Source: Octopus bimaculoides (taxonomy: Eukaryota). Taken from it: DNA of 38,294 nt. How positions within the stretch are numbered: position 1 is the first letter of the stretch; every line of letters begins with the position of its first letter. This document shows, piece by piece, positions 1 through 11,367 of this stretch. Position numbers and translations under genes: made by a program. The DNA lies in NCBI RefSeq assembly GCF_001194135.2, contig NC_068984.1:48322751-48361044 (forward strand). The letters run 5' to 3'. The notes beneath the pieces are model-generated. The model did not search any database and was not told the origin of the DNA. It was given only the letters and a program-made list of their open reading frames with translations.

Positions 1-175
1 AAACACATAATTTTCTTATGGTTTCTTAAACGTTCACTTGAACAAAACTGTACAAATCCAAATATATGGTACCCTAGGCATAACACCTACATGAACTTCT
101 AACTTGTTGTCTCTTGAGGTCTCTGGGTGAGACTTGGATCCAACTTGTACAAATGCAAAACAAAAGTCAAACATA
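1..175 (+). mobile_element. 3' UTR/terminus of a non-LTR retroelement ending in (AAT)n, probably R4/Dong-like
   Basis: Ends ...CAAAAGTCAAACATAA directly into an (AAT)n run. The family assignment is from recollection of an abundant octopus repeat; no coding sequence is inside the window. Confidence 0.45.
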
Positions 176-220
176 AAATAATAATAATAATAATAATAAC
201 AACAATAATAATAATAATAA
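176..220 (+). repeat. (AAT)n microsatellite
   Basis: Direct reading: AATAATAAT... with two AAC interruptions. Confidence 0.95.
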
Positions 221-692
221 ATGCCCGGATGCAGTACCAGGCAGTGGCTCTCATGGCTTCTGATCTTAATTGATTGGAAGTGTTATCATGTACACTGTTT
301 TGTCTTGGTATAAAAGATAGGCTACAGCAAATATTCTGCTTAATACCACATATTTGCCTGTCAGTTGGTTGACCTTAACCAGTTGAGCACGAACCTTAGT
401 GGTTCAAAATATTTGCATCTCTGATCTTGAGCATAAGTAGTGGAGGAACATCATAGCCATGTCCTGAGAGGAATTGTTTGGGGTTTGAATAATTCACCTT
501 TGGAAACATTGGTATTTTGCTCAACATCCTTAAACAAACCTTATTCAGGGACCTTTTGAGTGGGATGGGCTACTCGACCTAAAGAAAATTCAAACTGGGC
601 CCCACCTGCGTGGTCATCCGCTGTTTATCGTAATATGAGATCACGATGTCGCGCACATATGGTTGTGATGCATGTGCCTGGTGTACCCTTAT
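221..692. mobile_element. Truncated interspersed non-coding repeat sitting in an (AAT)n tract
   Basis: Starts ATGCCCGGATGCAGTACCAGGCAGTGGCTCTCATGG right after (AAT)n and has higher GC than its flanks. It matches my recollection of a high-copy octopus repeat and breaks off after GGTGTACCCTTAT. Confidence 0.55.
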
Positions 693-850
693 ATATTTTA
701 TGATTATTGGTACTACCGAGTTCATGGCTATTCTTTCTAGGATTGATCCAGGCCATACTTAGACGCATCTTCTTTCTTCGGTTGACTTCAGCTATGGGTT
801 TATTGATCCGTAGCTGATTTTTACAGCCGTATGAGCCCTTGCAACATCCC
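693..850 (-). mobile_element. Fragment of another repeat abutting an (ATT)n tract
   Basis: Sequence changes abruptly at ~692 and runs to ...GCAACATCCC, followed directly by (TTA)n. Family unresolved. Confidence 0.3.

Positions 851-912
<62 letters not shown>
851..912 (+). repeat. (ATT)n microsatellite
   Basis: Direct reading. Confidence 0.95.
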
Positions 913-1584
913 GTTGTTTAAAATTTTATAAGATCTTCACTCAAAAGGAAATGTAACCAACACGTTAATATTAAGAACACTATATCTGTTGAAGCTTAAT
1001 TAAGCTTAGCATCAACTAACGAATTATATGTATCCCGCTATCTGGATTTTAAATTAAAACCATATTCCAGAGGAATAATTATCTACGGCTGTACATGCTG
1101 TGAGCAATTAACTAATGACTTGAATTCATTAAGGGCAATGAAAATCGTCATCCCATTTAAACATTCACTAATGAATACAATCATTCTATTAGCCAAGGAA
1201 TGGGCGGTGGACATTCACGTTTTATTAAAGCTATTTAGAAAATATATACAGTTAGCGTCACTGTCATAGTGGAACATTTCATAATTTCTAAATAAGGAGT
1301 ATATATAAATTCTAATATATGCCTGGTGGGTGTTGTATGTGGCTCATTCCACTGCGAACAACCTGTTTAGTTTCATCGATCTTCCCAAATTAGCTACTTT
1401 GCTCAATGCTTGGAGTTGCATGAACAAGATAAGGCCTTTACGTCATTTGAAAGATATGTTGCTAGGTGACATGATGTAATAACTTCTAAAATACACGGAC
1501 ACGTAAACCCCATGTATGGGTATGTGTACACACACGTATATATATATAGAAAGAGAGAGGGGGAGACGAAGCGACAGAGTGGGT

Positions 1585-2500
1585 GGGAAAATTATACAAA
1601 ATATTTAGCCAATTAAATCTAAGAACCACAATTAGTACTAATCTTAAACATCTCAGTTATCTAGGTATCAACATGTGTCTTATCACAGGCGAATTTAAAC
1701 CCTACCACAGGCGAAATGATGAAACCTCCTACACAGACGTATGCTCCAACCACACACCATCAATCATTAAACAATTAGTTAATAACATTTGCAAGCGTAT
1801 CTCCAGTCCCTCCGCTGATAAAATCACTTTCATAAAGTCCACCTCATAATATAATGCGGCATTAGAAAGATCCAGTTTTAAGAATAGTATAAACTATATT
1901 GAACCAATTGTAGATACACCAAGAATACACAGAAAGCGAAGAATCATATGGATCAACTCACCTTATAACATGAATGCATCCACTAATACAGCTAGGAAAT
2001 TGTTAAAGCTAACAGACGATCGCTTACTAAATTCACACAAATACAATAAGATCTTCCATAACAACACTGGTAAATCTAGCTATAGTTGCCTCCACGATAC
2101 GATATAGGGTCGATTACACTGAATGACAATAAAAATGACTCCAGCAGGAATACCCCTGAAAGACATTGTATCTGTAGATCTCTGAACCTCTGTCCCCTTG
2201 ATAATAGCTGTCTGGCAAGAGGAACATGTATATAAGGCCAAAATCATGAACTCTAACAGAGTAACGAAGACAGATTTAGGATTGAGGGGCAACTCATTCA
2301 AATAAAGATACACGCAGTATCTGCCGTCATACGGGTACAAAAATAAAGGGCACGCGACCTAGATGTCTAGTATGATATTAATGTTGAATGAAGGACGAGT
2401 AATCAACCCCCAGATAACCTCCAGCATTATTGTTAAAGCCAAACCATATAGGTGACGGAGTACCAAATGTCAGCTGTGCATTACTGCCTATCCAACTAAA
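1585..2500 (+). mobile_element. Decayed Penelope-like retroelement, Naiad-like: RT thumb, Cys linker and GIY-YIG endonuclease
   Basis: Translation across stops and frameshifts: SYLGINMCLITGEFKPYHRRNDETSYTDVCSNHTPSIIKQL; RKRRIIWINSPYNMNASTN; CICRSLNLCPLDNSC (CX1CX5CX5C, 2167-2211); HVYKAK...DLGL...FK*RY; KAKPYR*RSTKCQLC. These match PLE motifs FLDV..KPY.KP..HPP, RKR.IIWFNPPY, IYKA/YIG and the terminal CxxC. Confidence 0.85.
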
Positions 2501-3194
2501 ATAGTTTTATTTTCTCTGAACGTGAACATTAAATATATGCATCATATGAACACTACATATAGAAAACACATGCCGTAATGCCGAGCACACTCAATACACA
2601 AATATATAAGCATTAAATAAACCCAGGACATTACATACTATAAGCAAATTTATCATTTAGTAACCCAATATTTTACAAATTCGGCTTTCACATACGCATA
2701 TGCATGTGTTGAACACATGAGAATAAAACATGTAAATCATATGTGCAAGATGCTGCGTAAAATCCCACAATTTATGTGTATATAGCAAAAAAAAAAATAT
2801 GCATTAAGCACATGAAAATACACAATTACATGCACACATTAAAATATATACACAGAAAAAGTCATATATATATATATATATATATATATATNNNNNNNNN
2901 NNNNNNNNNNNNNNNNNNNNNNNNNNNNNNNNNNNNNNNNNNNNNNNNNNNNNNNNNNNNNNNNNNNNNNNNNNNNNNNNNNNNNNNNNNNNNNNNNNNN
3001 NNNNNNNNNNNNNNNNNNNNNNNNNNNNNNNNNNNNNNNNNNNNNNNNNNNNNNNNNNNNNNNNNNNNNNNNNNNNNNNNNNNNNNNNNNNNNNNNNNNN
3101 NNNNNNNNNNNNNNNNNNNNNNNNNNNNNNNNNNNNNNNNNNNNNNNNNNNNNNNNNNNNNNNNNNNNNNNNNNNNNNNNNNNNNNNNNNNNNG

Positions 3195-3450
3195 TGATAT
3201 GTGGCATTTGGTGAAGAAGTTAGTTTGATGTCTCTGCCCTTATTTGCGCCCTCTGCCCCGAGGTAGGTTCATCTGGGACTCTCAACAGGAAGGGATCCAG
3301 TTTTGTTTTCAAAACACATAGATCCACTTTGTGTAGGTTCCTCATTCTCTTTGGGTGAAAAGATCTGTGAATCCTAAAAATCCAAGCTGTTGCAGTAACT
3401 GTTCTTGAAACGAGACGGCAGTGTTGTGATCTCTGGCACCGTGCAGTGTG
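3195..3450 (-). mobile_element. CR1/L2-like LINE, ORF2 C-terminal fragment
   Basis: Minus strand reads HCTVPEITTLPSRFKNSYCNSL, then frameshifted sequence resembling the GPQLFN.LP..LR...FK.KLD.FL..VPDEP C-terminal motif of CR1-group ORF2. Cut by an N-gap. Confidence 0.6.
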
Positions 3451-5681
3451 TCTGTGTTTGCGTATGTTTGTGTGTGTGTGTATGTGTGTATGGCTGTGTG
3501 TGTGTGAGGGGGGGGGGTGGAATTGTGTGTGTATTTCTACGTGTGAGTGTGTGTGTCTGCATGCATATGAAAAATGTTGTTAGAAAACATTCTTGGTGCA
3601 CTGAAAATATTTTAAGAAAGATATTGTTAAAATAAAAACAAATTATAAAAATATATGGATGGTCGTTTTAGTGTTGTGTTTTTGATGTTTCATTTTTGAA
3701 ACATGGTTGCTATGTCTTAATCCGTATAGAATTAAAAGTGTGTAGCCTGATTTTGATTATTTCCCATTTAATTTCGAATTTAGATTCACTACACAGTACT
3801 CTTCTTTTACTTCTCGTAGTTAGTCATTTCTTTCTTTTATTTTCAAAACGGAATATTTCATATACAGAAAGTAAATCTCTGCCTTGCTGCATATGCACTC
3901 TAACGCGACGTGTCAATTTTGATTTTGTCTGGCAGATATATCTCTCATAGCATTATAGGCATGACATGTTCTTATAGGGATCCTTTTTTTTTGGTGGGGG
4001 GGGGGGACTTACTATTTGCATTACATTTCAGTTCGTTCCCATTCTTGAATGTTTTAGTGTAACTCTCTTCAATTAACTCCCAAGGAAATATCTACATTTT
4101 ATTATCTACATTATTTTTTCTTCTTATCTAAATGTTGACCTTGTTTAGAGTCTTTTAAGATATGGTGCCTGTCTTTAATTATTAATATTTTGAGTTATTT
4201 TGAGTTATTTTAAATATCTTTTTGAAATTTGCGGATTGGCTTGGAATTGGAAGGTATTGTTTGGCCGAATAAAAGATACTAAAATCTCTAGGAGTTCGTG
4301 TGTATACAAATGGAATTGCTATGCTATACGAAAAGAGATAATCACTACATGGGAATTTCCTTCCTTAAGGTGTATTTCATTCAATTTTCAGGATTTTATA
4401 AAGTATAATAAATCAATTTAAATTTTAAAAAAACCTTTCCACAAAATGTCAAATCCATTATTTAAGAGCATAAAAACATAAATAAAATATACAGAAGAAT
4501 GGATCAGAAGTGCTGAGACGAAAAGTAAGTTAGTAGGACAGGTTCTGAGAACAAGAGTAAGGCTGTGTAAGTAAAAGTGTGGAGGGGAGTGTAGAAGAGT
4601 TATACGTATAGGTAAAAGGCACAAAAATGAACAATTAGAAAATATAGAGAAAATATGAAAGGAAATAATGTCGGTCAGAATCTGATGAGTCAAGAGAAAT
4701 CATAAATGTAAGTTTGAAAAAACTAGAGTAGAAAAGTGTGATAATAAAGCATTCTTTAAAAGAAAGAAACAAACAATAGAGTACTGTCGGGGATAGCTAA
4801 CGATCCCGGCAGTACCGGTGCAGATTGACATTTCGGTGAACATAATGCAGTAAATGAATCCAACGGTGTAGGTAATACAGGAGCCACGAAAAGCAATAAA
4901 CGAACTAATGTCTCTCTTTCAACAACTCTTGTCTGTAAACAATAACTCCTATTTACCAATGTTTAGCTATGCTTTGCAAAGCTACCAACTATCGTATTTC
5001 AATTTTTTTAAAAATTCCACTCACTTAAATTTACATTAAATTCGAAGGCAGGATGTCTTTTTATCAGTCCATAGTGTAACAATCGGCACCGGTCTTCTTA
5101 GCAAACAAATCTTTTAGTACAGTCGAACATTTCGATCGTATTATCTTATCAAATCGATAGATTCATTCTGCTAACTCATCGCTCATATATGAAGCCTTCA
5201 CTACTGCTCTTATGCAGTATGGCGTAAATATAGTATTAAACAATATTTTATGTAACCATAGAATTTGCAACCTTTTTAATATTTACAATTTGATATCTAT
5301 ATCTTTTCTTTGATTTCTCAGAAATGTTATCCAGCCTCATAGATCTCTTCTTTGCTAGGACCTCTCTTTCCTTTTTGCGCAACTTAGCATTTTTATTCGT
5401 TGTTTTATTCTTCATACAGAAGGATTGAACTATTTGTAGATTGGTCTCACAATATTGATACTTGCCTGCGTGGAAATAATCAACAGTACTTTTACCAGTG
5501 ATTTCTATTGCATTGTATCATGAAATAAAGTTTTAATAAATTTTAAAATACAATTAAAGCCATATAGTTATATGTAAAGACTTCGAAACATCTAATTAAA
5601 ATGTGAAGATAAACTTCAATGGGTCGTTAAATCTTTTCGAAAGTTACTGTATGTATTTACATACATGTACACATACACACA

Positions 5682-5719
<38 letters not shown>

Positions 5720-8700
5720 NNNNNNNNNNNNNNNNNNNNNNNNNNNNNNNNNNNNNNNNNNNNNNNNNNNNNNNNNNNNNNNNNNNNNNNNNNNNNNNNN
5801 NNNNNNNNNNNNNNNNNNNNNNNNNNNNNNNNNNNNNNNNNNNNNNNNNNNNNNNNNNNNNNNNNNNNNNNNNNNNNNNNNNNNNNNNNNNNNNNNNNNN
5901 NNNNNNNNNNNNNNNNNATATATATATATATAGGCATGCTTACATATGTACATACATTCCGATCCGTATATAAATAATATTAATTGCTCAGTTGTTGGGC
6001 ATTGCGTATATTTATCACTTCAGGAAGAATTTCTATTGAATTTATTTCAGAATTCTTATGGTAGCTTTGAGTATATCAGAGTAGCATTTCCTTTCTCAAT
6101 AACATCAATAAAAAACATGCAAACCGTTGGGATAAATGTTTTCAGAGTATGAAATGGTAGTTTATAGAGGAATAAATTGATTTGTTTGCTCGTTCTGCAA
6201 ATATTTATGCATTATTTCTACATGAAACTGCAGGATGTATGCTGAAATCAACGGTGTATTATTCTCTGTCATAAATTGTGTAATATGTGTATTTATTCGA
6301 ACTACATCCACAGTTTCTGTCGTAAAATCACTGTAACAATCAGAAAATGTTATACATACAAAGCCTCTATGATATTCATCTGATAAAATGCAGGATCTGT
6401 TGCTTGCTAAATTTTCCAGAAACATAGCATGCAATTAAAGCATGGATGAATAACGATTCGTCGTTATCTCCAACAAAAGCAATTTGCCACTAGCGCAACA
6501 TTTCAATAAAGACATATAATTGGAGGGATCTAAGTGTTACAGATATAGAGCATAACAATAATTGAACTAAAACGCGATAACATCTAGGGAAAGATACTTA
6601 GAGAACCACCTTCAAATGTGTTCAAAATTTGACATCAAGAAAATCCAAAATGGCCTAAAAGTAAACTTTTCTTTTGATTGAAGATTTATCTACGTCCCAC
6701 ACAGTTTAATAGCATTGTTAATCCAATCCTAACTCATATACAGGAAATTTAAATTGTTTCATATTTTATATCCTTGTTTTACTACTTTTTCTCCTACTCA
6801 ACACTAAATTATATTACGTTTGAGCTTCCATAAGTTAATGCCTGTATGATAATAGTCGGTCTGCAAGAAGTTAAAGAAGGCTACATATATAGGTACAAAG
6901 AAACGAACAAAATGTTTAGTGAAGGGTCTAGTGGGTAAAACAAAGAAAGCAAAGATGCTGAGAGGCGAGGTGAAGACAGTTTGGATTGATTGAAAGGAAA
7001 TACATAATAGTTGCTCAGATGTGGAGGAGAAAGCAGAAAGCATATGAGGAAATTACAAAGAATGGAAACAAATTTTGTGGCCAATTTGTTGCATTGACTG
7101 TTATTGTTTTTGCTTCTGGTGGTGATAGTAAAGTATTAGCCAAGGAGGCGGTAATCGTGATGTTTAGCCACGAGTCAACCCCGATCAAACAGACCAATAG
7201 ACTGAACAGAATTTATCTTGCCATTGCACCTACAACATAAAATTGTATCCCTTCTCAAACCTCATATCAGAAGAATTCCATAACAGGAACCGAAAAATTT
7301 CTTCGTTAACAGCATCTTCTAAAAACATCACGGAAACACATCTAGCAATAGTTAAAATGCTTCTTATAACGTTAATATGTGTACGATTATCTGCGATTGA
7401 ATTACCTGATATTTCATTAACTTAAGATGTCTGAAGGTGTGAATTCAAGTATATTTACATCATTAAGAGGGCCGTATACAAACTAGTGATTGTATTGAAG
7501 TAGATAAAATGAATCTCTTAATTCAATTTATGTCTACCTATGTAGCAACTGCAATGTCTCTGGTGTGAGTAAAGTGCATTGCCTATATTTGAGCGTTTTA
7601 GAAGGGATGTCCCATACTTTATTTCTTTATAAGAAATCTAGTGTTTGGAATGCATTTAACAGTTTTGTTGACGTGTATTTACTACAATAAGAAACATCAA
7701 ATATTTCGAAGAACTGTATTTCTAGTAATGAGCATCAGTTTTTACACTGTTCATGCACAGGAATAGTGTAGTAATAAGTGAAAAGTACCTTCTACTACCT
7801 CTGATTGCTAACAGTCTGTATAACAGCAGACCCTTCCCTGGCATTGCCGATTTATCAGAGTCCGCTGACACGTCACTTTTCAAACATGCATACATGTTAG
7901 TGGTATAATACCGAAAATAAAACGCTTCGATCACCAAATATGGTGTCTTCCTTCTGTGGGTATGCACACACTGACCAAAACAGATCTCTTTCCCACCCAT
8001 TATTTTTCTCATCTAATCTCTTCTCGCACATCCCCCATTTTTTTTTACCTTTCTTCCTACTAACATTTCAAATGCTATCAATATATTTGTAAACATCATC
8101 GTTCCTTATCTTGAATCGTTTTAGCTTCTCTGTGAAAGCTAGTACAGTTTATACAAATCAGATACACTGGTTATTTTTCTCGTGAGAACTGAAGCTTCAT
8201 TGTGCATATGGAACGATCATTCACGGTAATTCTCCCTTATCATAAATATCACGCAATTTAAACACAAAAATTGCGACAAATTCACGGAAATCTTTGTGTA
8301 TGTAAATTACCAGAGCTGCATCAAAAATAAGAAGATTCCTTTTGACAGCAATGAATAATCATTCTTGGTTAATTTTAACTATTTCCAAAGTTCATATAAA
8401 GCCCACACTGGAGAATGGTCACATAAATAAGAAGGTTCTGCTAATGCAGAGAGTTGTATCAAAGATGAAATCTATGATAGGCAAAACTTCAATCATCAAC
8501 ATGCTTGACAGACTAGTCTGCATGCACGTTTACTTTGCTTAACTTATTATTTCAACCAAAACAGTCCTTCATGAATGAAGTAATGAAGCTAGAGGAAGCA
8601 ATCAAAGGTATGACGTTATTCTTATTCGAGCTACACAGTACAAATCTATCCACATTTCTATTTTTATTCAGTCATCCTCACTGTGTCACAATCTCCCAAA

Positions 8701-9229
8701 ATCTGCACCGAATATTTTTGATGAATCACACTTCAGCCTAACAGCTGTCATCAGGAAGTCGTCTACCGACACAGTTTCTCCAATAAACAGATTACATATT
8801 TGTAAAAAAATACATAAATTTTTAACATTCTGGCAGGACCTGCATAAAACAACGCCATTGTTCCTCTTCCCTTCTGTTGATTAACGAAGAAAAATCAATA
8901 ATTCTTTCTGATATACTTATGCAGTTGCTTTCATGTTTCCTAATATGAAATATAACTGATATTGTTATATTTCGGGACGGTCATACTTTGTTTGTCAAAT
9001 AAACACACGCACTATATATTCGTTCTTTACTTCAGATATATTCTTCTTCATTTTTTGTCTTAAATTTTTCGCAGAAGTTACAGGATGTATGCCGAAAGAT
9101 TTCCAGAAAAAAAACATAAAATAACAACAATAATGAATCTGACGTAAAGTACTAATGTATTGTGTGCTTGTGTTCATTTGGGGAAAAAAATTACCATCCT
9201 GAAATATATCAATATCTTTCTGATATATA

Positions 9230-10489
9230 TTAGGTTGCCAAGAAAGTAATTTCGGTTTTTGCAAATAGATAGAGTTACGATTTTTTAATGACTTTTGTCA
9301 ATGTTATAATTTTTTTCCTTTTGACATTTGGTAGCCGTTACTTTTAGCTTACTTTAGGAGCAAATTGCGCGTAATTTTGTTTACAGCTGTTAGTTCAGTG
9401 TCAATTTTAACATGAGGCGCAAAAGCGAAAATTTTCGCCATATTTTGCTTTTTTATTTCCGTAAAGGCAAGAAAGCTGCTGAGGCTCAAAAAGAGATATG
9501 TGAAGTTTAAGGCGTTGATTGGTTTAGAGGAATAGTTTAAACCATTACGTTCTGGAGGTGTTTCACTCAAAGATGACCAACGTTCTGGTCGATCTACTGA
9601 AGTTGATGATGACTGAATCAAAGCCATAATTGAATCTGATTGTCATATAACTGTGCGAGAGATTGCAGAGAAATTGAATGTATCACATGCAACAATTAAT
9701 AACCACTTAAAATTTCGTGGACTCGTTAAGAAGCTCAATATTTGGGTTCCACATGAATTGAAAGAGATTCACTTAACACAACGAATCAATATTTACGATA
9801 TGCATCTCAAACACAATGAAATCGGTCTTTTTTTTTAAACGAATTATCACTAGTGATGGAAAATGGATTGTCTACAGTAACATCAATCACAAACGACCTT
9901 TATCCAAGCGTAATGAAACACCACAAACCACATCGAAACTGAATTGCATCAAAAAAAGGTCATGCTCTCAATTTTGGTGAGATTACAAAGGTGTTGTGTA
10001 TTTTGAGCTGCTTCCAAGGGACCAAACGATCAGTTCAGATGTTTACTGTCAGAAAGTAATGAAGCTAGAGGAAGCAATCAAAGTCAAACAGCCAGAATTG
10101 GCAAATCCTAAAGGAATCGTGTTGTACCATGACAACGCTAGACCTCACAAGTCTTTGCTAACTCGTGAAAAATTAGTGGAGCTTAGTTTGGAAGTGATGT
10201 CACATACATCATATAGCCCTGACCATGCACCATCGGAAAACCATTTGCAAAATACTTTGAATGGTAAAACTTACAATAATGATGACCAGAAATCGCTCTA
10301 GCTTCAGTTTTTGACTGATAACAACCAGAAGTGTTCTGAGCGCGGAATTATGAAATTGAAAGAGGGATGAACAAATGTCATCAAACAAAATGGAAAATAT
10401 ATAATTGATTAAAGTTCATTCTTTGTATGAAAAAGAAAATTACTTTTATTTTACACTAAACAACTGAAATTACTTTCTTGCCAACCCAT
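9230..10489 (+). mobile_element. Full-length decayed mariner (DD34D) element with TIRs; transposase pseudogene ~9412-10412
   Basis: TIRs TTAGGTTGCCAAGAAAGTAATTTCGGTT (9230) and AACTGAAATTACTTTCTTGCCAACCCAT (ends 10489), each flanked by TA. Motifs MRRKSENFRHILLFYFRKG, WVPHEL, ITSDGKW, YHDNARPH, YSPDHAPSE. Several stops and frameshifts. Confidence 0.95.
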
Positions 10490-10491
10490 TA

Positions 10492-10604
10492 TATATGCGT
10501 GTGTGTATGTGTGTGTATGTGTGTGTGCATTAGTGTTTATATGTGTGTGTGCATACGTGTGCGCATGTGTGTGAGTGCATGTGTTTGTCTGTGTATGTGT
10601 GTGC

Positions 10605-10649
<45 letters not shown>

Positions 10650-10677
10650 NNNNNNNNNNNNNTGTGTATGTGTGTGC

Positions 10678-10717
<40 letters not shown>
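10492..10717 (+). repeat. (TG)n/(TA)n compound microsatellite spanning a gap
   Basis: Direct reading; the sequence is duplicated either side of N 10650-10662. Confidence 0.9.
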
Positions 10718-10720
<3 letters not shown>

Positions 10721-10868
10721 AAGTTTAGATTTAGATTCAAGATTGAATATGGTACTTATGTTTAGGCACCAGAATATAGTATGGTATGGTATTATACAAA
10801 GACCATTCCAAAAAAAAAACATTCCAAAAAAAACTAGGTGATCAAAAAAATCAAAATAAGCAACACGG

Positions 10869-11280
10869 ATTTCAAAGATGATTGCAGTACGCACGTTTCA
10901 TGCTACTCCATTTATTTAAGTAATGCGAGCATTACATTAAATGCAATATGTAGAGCAATCTTCAGCTGCAGGAAAATGCAGAAAAATCACAGTAGAATAG
11001 ACATATTATAATTGTGGCAACATTTCAGATCCATCTTGACATAGCCAAGTCTATCAGGCTAGCCTGATAGACTTGGCTATGTTAAGATGGATTTTTATGT
11101 ATTCTTCCTCCCACTTGGATTTGAAATGTTGGCACAATTATAATATGTCTATTCTATTGTGATTTTTCTGCATTTTCCTGCAGCTGAAGATTGTTCTACA
11201 TATTGCATTTAATGTAATGCTCGCATTACTTAAATAAATGGAGTAGCATGAAACGTGCGTACTGCAATCATCTTTGAAAT
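10869..11280. repeat. Long inverted repeat (palindrome) centred at 11060/11061
   Basis: 10869-11060 is the reverse complement of 11061-11280 apart from 5 substitutions and a 28-nt insertion in the right arm. Ends at an N-gap. Confidence 0.95.
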
Positions 11281-11336
11281 NNNNNNNNNNTATATATATA
11301 TATATATATATATATTCATACATACGTGTGTATTAT

Positions 11337-11367
<31 letters not shown>

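Noticed and set aside
2520-2600. SECIS element downstream of the Naiad-like ORF (ATGA...AAAA...GA)
   Set aside because: The intervening sequence does not form the required helix II by eye.
10590-10717. Duplicated GTGTGCATGTGTGTATATA... either side of N 10650-10662
   Set aside because: Most likely the same assembly overlap artefact in a microsatellite.
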